Under the pieces are notes generated by a model that had not been told where the DNA came from, did no database searches, and saw only the letters and a program-made list of their open reading frames with translations. A stretch of 64,000 nucleotides of DNA from Candidatus Spongiisociaceae bacterium (GTDB lineage: Bacteria > Actinomycetota > Acidimicrobiia > Spongiisociales > Spongiisociaceae). Location of the stretch: contig OZ241841.1 of NCBI GenBank assembly GCA_965202665.1, forward strand, positions 1,344,001-1,408,000, read 5' to 3'. The translations under genes were made by a program, and so were the position numbers. Positions 39,461-47,694 of the stretch are shown here, in pieces. The stretch's first letter is position 1, and the number at the start of each line of letters is the position of its first letter.

Positions 39461-40301
39461 TAAGGTCCGCCGTATCTGCGGCCTTTCGGGCGGCAAGGAT
39501 TCCAGCGCGCTGGCCGTGTACCTGCGGGGCCGGGTGTCGGACATGGAGTATTTTTTCTGCGACACCGGGGCCGAACTCCCGGAAACCTACGAATATCTGG
39601 AGCGCCTGGAGGTGATCCTCGGCCAGCCCATCGCCCGCCTCAATTCGGAACGGGGATTCGACCACTGGTTCGAGGTGTTTCGTGGGGCTTTGCCGTCGCC
39701 CCAAATGCGCTGGTGCACGAGGAACATGAAAATCAAGCCCATAGAGGAATGGATAGGGGACGATCCGGCCATCTCCTATGTGGCGATCCGGGCGGATGAG
39801 TCGAACCGCAAAGGATACGTTTCCACCAAGCCCAACATAGAAACCCGTTTTCCGTTCATGGAGGACGGAGTAGACCACGACGGCGTGATGCGGATTCTGG
39901 AGGACGCCGGCATCGGCCTCCCTTCCTACTACGAGTGGCGCACCCGGTCGGGTTGCTATTTCTGCTTCTACCAACGCAAAGCGGAATGGGTTGGCCTGTC
40001 GGATAGGCACCCCGACCTGTTTGAAAGGGCGGTAGCCATCGAACAAAAGGTGCTGATAGACGCCGGAGTTAACGGAGACGCCAATTTCAAAGACCAGGCA
40101 ATGCGCGGCCGCCCGTACACCTGGTCCGGCGGCGAAACCCTGCTCCAACTCCTTTCCCGCCGAGACGAAATAGAAGAACGCCACCAGGCGGCAATGGCCC
40201 GAGCCAACAAAACCAGAACAAACGTCCCCCTAATAGAAGCCCTAGCAGAAGCCCTAGACGAAGAAAACGACACCCTCCCATGCACAGTATGCGCACTATG
40301 A
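39453..40301 (+). CDS. sspD: PAPS-reductase-family PT synthesis protein (SspD/BrxP/DndC-like)
   Basis: SGGKDS PP-loop, DTGAEL, RWCT..MKIKP, RSGCYFC, terminal CTVC. Confidence 0.85.
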   Translation: MADKVRRICGLSGGKDSSALAVYLRGRVSDMEYFFCDTGAELPETYEYLERLEVILGQPIARLNSERGFDHWFEVFRGALPSPQMRWCTRNMKIKPIEEWIGDDPAISYVAIRADESNRKGYVSTKPNIETRFPFMEDGVDHDGVMRILEDAGIGLPSYYEWRTRSGCYFCFYQRKAEWVGLSDRHPDLFERAVAIEQKVLIDAGVNGDANFKDQAMRGRPYTWSGGETLLQLLSRRDEIEERHQAAMARANKTRTNVPLIEALAEALDEENDTLPCTVCAL

Positions 40302-40315
40302 AGGAGAGTAGCCAG

Positions 40316-42367
40316 ATGCCGGTTCGGGACACCCGAGACGTTTTCGATGTTGCGCCCTGGGGAGAGGCCCCTACTCCTGTGTTGCCGCTGTGGTATCGTG
40401 AGCATCACTCCGATTTGCCTCTCCCTAAGGTCATCCAGAATGCGAACCCGCGGATTAAGACCGTGGGCGAAATAGGAAAGTTTTGGGAAGGCTCGCGGCA
40501 ACAGTTGGCCACGCGGGAGCGACAGGCCCTGGCCCAGTTTTGCAACGAATATATTCCACCATCTGATCAGGTGGTGGTGCCTGAAGGTATCAATCATGCC
40601 GATTTTGTTCATTTTCCCTTGCGTAAACGTACTATCAACTGTCTTAAAAGCGGGAAACTGATGGAAGGATTTGCTGCTATTACAGTTGACCAACTAATGA
40701 GAATAACTAACTTTGGCGTGTTGTCCCTTCTGGATCTGTGGTGTGTCATTGAGTATGTGAATTATATCCCGAAACCACTGGAGATAAGGCGGGATATGCC
40801 TCAAGGCAAAATAATCCCGTCTGGATGGTCTTATGAGTGGAATAAGGCTGCCTCTGTTTTTGAACAGGTATTCATAGTAGCTAAAGAATTTTATGGTGCC
40901 CAAACTATCAAAGAGGTATTAACTCTAGACCTATATGAAATAGTAAAATCCCTCAACATGGAGACCAGTGCCAATTCCCTCTCTTTAGGATTATTAACAG
41001 ACAATAAAAGCTACGCTAGCGTTGTAGTTAGCAAACTCCAATCTGTATTAGATGGACTTTCCCCAAAGGAGTGCTTTATTGTTAACAAGAGGATGGTGGT
41101 TCGAGAAACTCTTGAGGAGGTTGGTAAGCAGTTAAATCTTACGAGGGAAAGGGTTCGTCAACTCGAGCGTCTGGCTGAACAAGAAATAGTAGAATCTCTG
41201 GAGCCAGAACTAAAAATAATGGCTCACTTTATTAACAAGCAATTAGAACCCATTTTGTCGGAAGATGACTATAGAAAAGCGATATCTAACTTCTTTCTTA
41301 CGAATTCCGCTACTGACGAGACGCGGGAAATTGCTATGTACTTGTTAGAGAAGCTTCTTCGGTATCATAAAGTAGATGGTGTTTATTTGAAAAAGCCCAC
41401 AGCCCATAATATCTTTAGGAATTTCAAAGAGGCCGCTACCTTAGAAAGTGACGATGTGGGCATCATAAATATAGATTCACTGAGAGAGAAATATCTGGAT
41501 AATGGATTTGAAAAATATCTTCCACAAATATTAACTCTTTGCCGGTTCGGAAAGATTATGGATTATTTTGTTCTAAGAGACACAAAAAAGGCGCGCGCCA
41601 AAATTGCTTTGATAGAGATTGGCCAACCTGCTACTAAAGAAGAAATAGCGGAATTGTCAGGTCTTGAACCCGACCGGGTAGGTGGCCATCTTTCTAATAT
41701 CGAGAGCGTTGTCCGAGCAGACAAAACTCGATGGGGACTAGTTGAGTGGGTTGATGATGTCTATGAAGGTATTCCTGCTGAGATTATCCAAAGAATAAAC
41801 GAAGATGGCGGTGCAACCAAAATTGAAAGACTTTTGAATGAGATACCCAATCTTTTTGGAGTGAGCCAAACTAGTGTAAGGGCTTACATCGGTGCCCCTC
41901 AATTTATAGTTAGGGATGGTTATGTGAGTTTGGCCGATCCTTCCTCGATCAAGTTAAGAAATTTTGATGATGTACTGAACGGAAGAGAAGAAGGAAGCGG
42001 TTGGCCTTATTGGAACTTTCGAGTGGAAGATGGTTATCTTAATGGATATAGTTTATTAGGGGTTCCACCAGAAATAGCTTTGAAACTGGGCTGTGAGCCA
42101 GATAACAAAAATACCGTACCTATCGATTTTCCTTCTGGTCATAGAGATTTGTCTATCAACTGGAGATTATCGTCACTGACAGGTGCCTCCATTGGTTATT
42201 TATCCGCACCTCTGAAAGAACTGGGCGCGATGGCTGGAGATATGATTAGGCTCATCATCAAAGATCATAGCGTCGAGTTGAAACCTGAAGACACTGCGGA
42301 GGGAAAGATATCCCTTTCTGCTCAAGAGATACTAGAGCGTATGAAGAAACGCCAGAAAGCCCTATGA
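40316..42367 (+). CDS. RNAP alphaCTD-like + sigma70 region 4 + winged-HTH multidomain protein
   Basis: LRKRTINCLK...LMRITNFGVLSL; TLEEVGKQLNLTRERVRQLE; ALIEIGQPATKEEI...RWGLVEW; AAGGAG SD. Confidence 0.7.
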   Translation: MPVRDTRDVFDVAPWGEAPTPVLPLWYREHHSDLPLPKVIQNANPRIKTVGEIGKFWEGSRQQLATRERQALAQFCNEYIPPSDQVVVPEGINHADFVHFPLRKRTINCLKSGKLMEGFAAITVDQLMRITNFGVLSLLDLWCVIEYVNYIPKPLEIRRDMPQGKIIPSGWSYEWNKAASVFEQVFIVAKEFYGAQTIKEVLTLDLYEIVKSLNMETSANSLSLGLLTDNKSYASVVVSKLQSVLDGLSPKECFIVNKRMVVRETLEEVGKQLNLTRERVRQLERLAEQEIVESLEPELKIMAHFINKQLEPILSEDDYRKAISNFFLTNSATDETREIAMYLLEKLLRYHKVDGVYLKKPTAHNIFRNFKEAATLESDDVGIINIDSLREKYLDNGFEKYLPQILTLCRFGKIMDYFVLRDTKKARAKIALIEIGQPATKEEIAELSGLEPDRVGGHLSNIESVVRADKTRWGLVEWVDDVYEGIPAEIIQRINEDGGATKIERLLNEIPNLFGVSQTSVRAYIGAPQFIVRDGYVSLADPSSIKLRNFDDVLNGREEGSGWPYWNFRVEDGYLNGYSLLGVPPEIALKLGCEPDNKNTVPIDFPSGHRDLSINWRLSSLTGASIGYLSAPLKELGAMAGDMIRLIIKDHSVELKPEDTAEGKISLSAQEILERMKKRQKAL

Positions 42368-44601
42368 TGTTGATAGATGAAATTACTCTTTTGCCTGGTC
42401 TATATAGGCTACCGGATGATCCGGTCGGTCCAACTATACTTATTCCGGGATTTCGATCCGCGACCTCAGTAAGAGGGGCCTTTGGTTGGTTCAGTGCTGA
42501 CTGGATTGCAAGGCTTTCTCCTGGGCTGGCTGAGTATCTTAATCAACCAGATACTCTTCCTATAGATTTCATCGTTGCCCCTGTGTTTTTTCCTTCAGAG
42601 CGCGCCGCGGTGGAAAAGGCATATAGTATGTCAACAGAAGAGGCCAGTCGGCGGGTCAGGGATGTGTTTGTCGAAGGTAAGGTTCGCGCTACGGCACTCG
42701 GAAAACACGCTTTAGACTGTTTGGCTTGGATGGTAGCCACAGACCGTTTACGATTGAAGATAGCTGTCCCTAATTCAGACTCAAATTATCATCCAAAGAT
42801 GTGGTTATTTGACGATGGGGTTCATCAGGTATTAGCACGAGGTTCCGGTAATGCAACCGGTCACGGACTTAGTACAGGAGTGGAACACATTGACGTCGAT
42901 GTTACTTGGAATGAAGATAGCCGAAGGCGCGTACAGGATGGTATTTCTATTTTGGAAGATTGGGCTAATGGTAAAAGCCGAGGCATCGATCGTATTGTTG
43001 CTCTACCTGAAGCTCTTGAAGAAGATATAGTAAGAACCGCTCCAGCAGAAATGCCAAGTCGGAGTGATTACCTAAATGCGGCCAAAGAAGACAATAATCC
43101 GAGCTGGGCTATCGACTTATCCCAGAAATTGCTTGATAGATTTGTATCAACGCGGTCGTCTCAACTCCCTCGTTTAGGGATTCCTAGGGATTTGGAGTGG
43201 CAGTCCGGTACCTATGCTTATCAAAATGAAGCAGTGGAAGCTTGGGAAAAATCTTCAAATCCTGAAAGAGGCATTATTTCCATGGCCACGGGTGCGGGTA
43301 AAACGATAACCGCTTTAATATGTGCTACAAGATTACAAGATAGGATTTTCGAAGATTCCCTTTTAGTAGTAATATCTGCACCAGCCATACCGATAATAGC
43401 TCAGTGGGTCAACGAAGTCAAAAAATTTGGGATAAAAGCTGTTGCCCCCAGCCTGGGATCTGATATAGCATCATCGTTGACTGATGTATTTATGGCTCTA
43501 GGGGTAGGCGGAACTCATGTGCTAGTAGTATCTAATAAGACACTTTGCTCATCTAGTTTTCAGTCTACTCTCATACAAAAACTTAATTCTAAAATAAGAA
43601 CGATGTTGATCGCAGACGAAGCTCATACCTTGGGAGCCAAAGGATTTATTACAAATAAGCCATGTTTCTTTGAACGAAGACTAGCGTTATCGGCAACCCC
43701 GGAGCGACAATATGATCCTGATGGAACTCATGAGATTTTCTCTTTCTTTGGGCATCCTGTATATGATTTCGGCCTCGATAGAGCCATTGGCTTTTGTCTT
43801 TCTCCATACAATTATTATGTACATGTTACTCCCCTCGGTGGTGATGAGTTATATGAGTATTTGGAAATCACACGTCGCATAGGAGCGTATATCGCTAAAA
43901 CCCAAGCTAACGTTACTGATGACACTGATGATGAAACTCTCACCGGACTGCTAATAAGAAGACGCAGTATCATTGAAACCGCAATGGCTAAAACAAGTTT
44001 ATTACAGAACTTATTAGAATATCGTGGGTCACGTTCGCTCGCACACACCTTGATATATGTCTCAGCAAAGAACCCTAACCAGTTTGAGGATATTAGCACG
44101 GTACTTAAGGAATTAGGTATTAGATGGGCACCTGTCACGCAGGATACTACCGCTAAACCTAGATTGTTGGAAACAACACTACGAACCTTTGAGAAGGGAG
44201 GATATCAGGTATTATTGGCGAAAAAAGTCCTGGATGAGGGGGTTGATATTCCTAATATTAGAGAGGCATTTATTATAGCTTCATCTACGGTAGAGCGAGA
44301 ATGGATTCAGCGACGCGGTCGCGTGTTACGTCTTCATCCCGACAAAGATTTTGCGATGGTTCACGATTTTCTTGCACTTCCACCAGTTGATATGATGGAT
44401 CAGGATGCAAGGAAAATCGTCCTGACCGAGTTGAATCGTGCTTTGGCATTCGCCAAACATGCTAGCAATGCTTCTGGCCCCGAAGGCGTTTTCGAACGTT
44501 TAAAAAAAATAAGAGACCACTATTGGGACGAGGAGTTAAGTTCTCCATTTACAGAACATCAAATAGACCCCGCTACACCCATGGGAGGCAATGGTGAATA
44601 A
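42364..44601 (+). CDS. HKD/PLD nuclease fused to SF2 DEAH helicase (PbeA-like)
   Basis: YHPKMWLFD + GSGN; MATGAGKT, IADEAH, LSATP, LDEGVDIP, QRRGRVLR. Confidence 0.85.
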   Translation: MMLIDEITLLPGLYRLPDDPVGPTILIPGFRSATSVRGAFGWFSADWIARLSPGLAEYLNQPDTLPIDFIVAPVFFPSERAAVEKAYSMSTEEASRRVRDVFVEGKVRATALGKHALDCLAWMVATDRLRLKIAVPNSDSNYHPKMWLFDDGVHQVLARGSGNATGHGLSTGVEHIDVDVTWNEDSRRRVQDGISILEDWANGKSRGIDRIVALPEALEEDIVRTAPAEMPSRSDYLNAAKEDNNPSWAIDLSQKLLDRFVSTRSSQLPRLGIPRDLEWQSGTYAYQNEAVEAWEKSSNPERGIISMATGAGKTITALICATRLQDRIFEDSLLVVISAPAIPIIAQWVNEVKKFGIKAVAPSLGSDIASSLTDVFMALGVGGTHVLVVSNKTLCSSSFQSTLIQKLNSKIRTMLIADEAHTLGAKGFITNKPCFFERRLALSATPERQYDPDGTHEIFSFFGHPVYDFGLDRAIGFCLSPYNYYVHVTPLGGDELYEYLEITRRIGAYIAKTQANVTDDTDDETLTGLLIRRRSIIETAMAKTSLLQNLLEYRGSRSLAHTLIYVSAKNPNQFEDISTVLKELGIRWAPVTQDTTAKPRLLETTLRTFEKGGYQVLLAKKVLDEGVDIPNIREAFIIASSTVEREWIQRRGRVLRLHPDKDFAMVHDFLALPPVDMMDQDARKIVLTELNRALAFAKHASNASGPEGVFERLKKIRDHYWDEELSSPFTEHQIDPATPMGGNGE

Positions 44602-44812
44602 CTACGACCGTATCTATACTGAGATCACCAAAGAATCTGAGGTGCTTGCTTCAGATAGTGGCCTGGAACCTAACTTGTGGCGTGAGTTGATCATGGAGAT
44701 CGTGGATCTCGAGGATCAGCATCGTACCAAGAACGTTCCCAGGATCAATCAACAAATTCATGAGAAGATACTCTTATTTGCTCAAAACAAATTGCGCACA
44801 AAGGAGGAGTAA
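44591..44812 (+). CDS. 73-aa small protein (PbeB-like position)
   Basis: GGGAGG SD; overlaps the helicase stop; abuts the ATPase start. Confidence 0.65.
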   Translation: MVNNYDRIYTEITKESEVLASDSGLEPNLWRELIMEIVDLEDQHRTKNVPRINQQIHEKILLFAQNKLRTKEE

Positions 44813-44813
44813 T

Positions 44814-47045
44814 ATGTTAAAATTTCGTAGGATAGAAATAAGCAATTTTGTCTGTTTTGACAATATTGCTATTGAACCTTCCGTCGACTCGGAGAAACCA
44901 CTAACTGTGGTGCGCGCCGAAAATGGTTCGGGCAAGACTACCCTGTTACGTGCCATTCGCTGGGGCATGTATGGTGAGAAGGGGTTGCCGTCTCCTTCAC
45001 ATAGTTTTTCGCTTCACCCTGCTTGGTGGACTCCCAATGATGATGGTATTAGCACAGCGGTTTCTATAGAATTTGAGACAGATGGATCAGATCGTTCTAA
45101 TAGTACTACTAACAATTCTAAAAATACTGTATATCAGCTAGAACGATCCATTACTACGATTGGTAAACGAGCATCTAGCGGAAACGAGCCCGATTTCCGC
45201 CGAATTAACGAGCAGACACAACTAATGATACGGGAATCTGATGGTATGTGGAAGCCTCATACTGCAGGTGTTGATGCTGTCGTGGGTCAATTATTGCCTT
45301 GGGATCTACGCGACTTTTTTGTAATGGATGCTGATAAAGTTGCTGATTATGTAGGGGGTGGTGAAAATAAGATACTGCATCGAAAAGAAGTTATTGAAAA
45401 AACAACTGCGGCAGTAAAGGGGCTACTTGGAATTGATGTATTCAAAAAGGCGCGATCACGCGTAGAGGGAATAGGTAGGGATTTCGGTAAACAAGCCACC
45501 AAAGCAGTTGGAGATGCGAGCCTTGATGATTTACAATCCGAGTTAGAGCAACTTCGATTTGAGAGAGATGATTTGGAAAAAGAAATTACTAAGCAATCTA
45601 TTATTCGAGATGAGTTGGAGGATTCTCTTCAGGAACGCAATATTGAGCTAGAGGCGGAATTAAAAGGAATAGGCGCGGCTGAAGAATTATCCAGCCGTTT
45701 GGCCAAAAATAGAGAGTTACATAAGAGATTGATTGATAGACGCAAAGTTGTGGTGAATCAGCTGGCAGGTCAGGTTGAAGCGACAGAGTTGCTGGCTACC
45801 TTAGCTCACCCATATATTTTCGAAACATATGATTTTCTGAAACCATTATATGACAGTGGACAAATCCCCGCTCAACATCTTCACTATGTTCGGTCTCTAC
45901 TAAAGTCCGGGGTTTGTGTATGCGGGCAAGACATTTCTCGTGACAATGAATATCGCAAGCAAATTTCGGAGCAAATATCAAAATCTAAGGGAGAAGATAG
46001 AGCCAATTATTTAGGGCAGATTTTTGATGTTGCTAAATCGCTTATGGAGTTTGCTCCCGCAGATTTTTGGAATGAGCAGTGTGAGGATTTTAAGAAAGAG
46101 ATAGTAAGCCAAGTTAGTGATATATCAAATTTGGAGACTGATAACAGAGACATTCAAATGAAGCTAGATATTATTGATGAGGAAAAAATACAACTTCTTC
46201 GTAGTGAGATTAATTCCCAAAAATCACAGGTGGAGAATGTTAATCGAAGATTAGTAAGTGACCAAAATAGATTGCCAATACTTAATGATGCTATTGATTC
46301 ATTGGCTAAGAAGATTGGGCAGAGGCAACGAAGCGAAAGAGCTGCAAGAGATAAGCGAGAGGCTGAGGCTGTAGCGAGGTTAGTTGTAGGAGTACTTGAC
46401 AAATCTTATAACACTATTCAAAGCGAACAGATTTCTCATCTGTCTAAAAGAATGGACGAACTATTTTCTGAAATGGTTCACAATGTTAGCAGTAGAGACC
46501 TCGATCATAAACCAGACAAGGCAGATGTTCGTATGATTGCTCAAGTTGGTATTAAATCTGTTGATGATAGACCAGAAAGTTTTGAAATTTTTGCACAAAA
46601 TCACCGTGGTCGTAATATGCCACCGATAGAGATTAATGGTGCTTCTCGTCGAGTTTTAGCATTATCATTCGTCTTAGCTCTTTGCGTCGAGTCAAAAACA
46701 TTTGCTCCGTTAGTTGCAGATTCCCTCCTGAATTTTATGTCAGGTGCCGTTCGTCAAAATACATTGCTTGTTACATCTCAAATTTCTAATCAGCCCATTT
46801 TATTATTAACGGGGGCAGATTTGGAATCACGATCAGAGATTGATATTGTTGATAGATACGCTGGTGCCACCTATACTCTAACTGCGCAATTTCATGAAAG
46901 GGAAGTAGTACGACGGAATGATGAGCGATTGGTTTCTCTTATTTGTCGGTGTGGGCCGCGTCAGTATTGTGATATATGTGAAAGGGTGGGGTGGGCTGAA
47001 TTAGTAGATTGGCGTAAGCGAGAAACGAAAGGATATTTGCCATGA
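44814..47045 (+). CDS. Rad50/SbcC/DndD-like coiled-coil ABC ATPase with CxC hook (PbeC-like)
   Basis: AAGGAGG SD; AENGSGKTT, FFVMDAD, long coiled coils around CVCG, Walker B LVADS, C-terminal CRC..CDIC. Confidence 0.8.
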   Translation: MLKFRRIEISNFVCFDNIAIEPSVDSEKPLTVVRAENGSGKTTLLRAIRWGMYGEKGLPSPSHSFSLHPAWWTPNDDGISTAVSIEFETDGSDRSNSTTNNSKNTVYQLERSITTIGKRASSGNEPDFRRINEQTQLMIRESDGMWKPHTAGVDAVVGQLLPWDLRDFFVMDADKVADYVGGGENKILHRKEVIEKTTAAVKGLLGIDVFKKARSRVEGIGRDFGKQATKAVGDASLDDLQSELEQLRFERDDLEKEITKQSIIRDELEDSLQERNIELEAELKGIGAAEELSSRLAKNRELHKRLIDRRKVVVNQLAGQVEATELLATLAHPYIFETYDFLKPLYDSGQIPAQHLHYVRSLLKSGVCVCGQDISRDNEYRKQISEQISKSKGEDRANYLGQIFDVAKSLMEFAPADFWNEQCEDFKKEIVSQVSDISNLETDNRDIQMKLDIIDEEKIQLLRSEINSQKSQVENVNRRLVSDQNRLPILNDAIDSLAKKIGQRQRSERAARDKREAEAVARLVVGVLDKSYNTIQSEQISHLSKRMDELFSEMVHNVSSRDLDHKPDKADVRMIAQVGIKSVDDRPESFEIFAQNHRGRNMPPIEINGASRRVLALSFVLALCVESKTFAPLVADSLLNFMSGAVRQNTLLVTSQISNQPILLLTGADLESRSEIDIVDRYAGATYTLTAQFHEREVVRRNDERLVSLICRCGPRQYCDICERVGWAELVDWRKRETKGYLP

Positions 47046-47536
47046 ACTATTTTACAAACCTATTGTCATCTAAGGCACACCCTCTCTGCTTTCCGAAGGG
47101 TTGCAAGGATGATGTCCAGAGGTTCGTCGGGATGCATCAGCAGGGCGGACCGTCGCCGGAGGTAGCTCCTTTTCGTCGTCAGATAGACTTCTGGGCCTTT
47201 TCTATAGCGACAGCTATAGCACAAGGCCTTTCGCCTTTGGATGACCTTGTCACGAAATGGGGTACTAAGTTTACTGATACAAAGTCGGTTGAGTTGCCAG
47301 ATGGTTTGTGTCAGATTCTTGCCGTTATCGCCTTCAGTATTCTAGGAGCGGAACACGAAGGGTTGGATGACCCTTCTGTCATTATAGATGTCGGCAACCG
47401 ATTGGCTGGTGCTGGATGTCCAGTAGTGATCAAAATGCTGAGTAATCCTGATTTACGAACGACAGCACTTGACAAATTATTGGATTTCGCCAACTCATTG
47501 CGATTGGAGGTGTCGCAGTCCCTTCGCGAGGAATAA
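47042..47536 (+). CDS. 164-aa protein (PbeD/Dnd-associated-like position)
   Basis: ATGA overlap with the ATPase; last gene of the AT-rich cassette. Confidence 0.65.
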   Translation: MNYFTNLLSSKAHPLCFPKGCKDDVQRFVGMHQQGGPSPEVAPFRRQIDFWAFSIATAIAQGLSPLDDLVTKWGTKFTDTKSVELPDGLCQILAVIAFSILGAEHEGLDDPSVIIDVGNRLAGAGCPVVIKMLSNPDLRTTALDKLLDFANSLRLEVSQSLREE

Positions 47537-47694
47537 ACAGGGTCGGTCCGTACTCAGGGGAGTGGTTAGGAGAGTAGGTTTAGTTTTCCCGTCGGGGGAG
47601 ACGAGTTTGGCTTGAGACGGGCTGGTGGGGTATTACCGATGATGTTGGTGTTATTGGTGTACACTGTCGGCATGGCTGGAATTGGGGCTTTGGG

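Noticed and set aside
16331-40301. Selenium-for-sulfur DNA modification linking selD to the ssp locus
   Set aside because: The genes are about 16 kb apart with housekeeping genes between, and no Sec codon was seen in the ssp genes
40316-42367. Bona fide sigma factor
   Set aside because: Has region 4 only; no region 2 motif was visible
40280-47600. Prophage, ICE or transposon as the island vehicle
   Set aside because: No integrase, transposase, tRNA target or terminal repeats were seen
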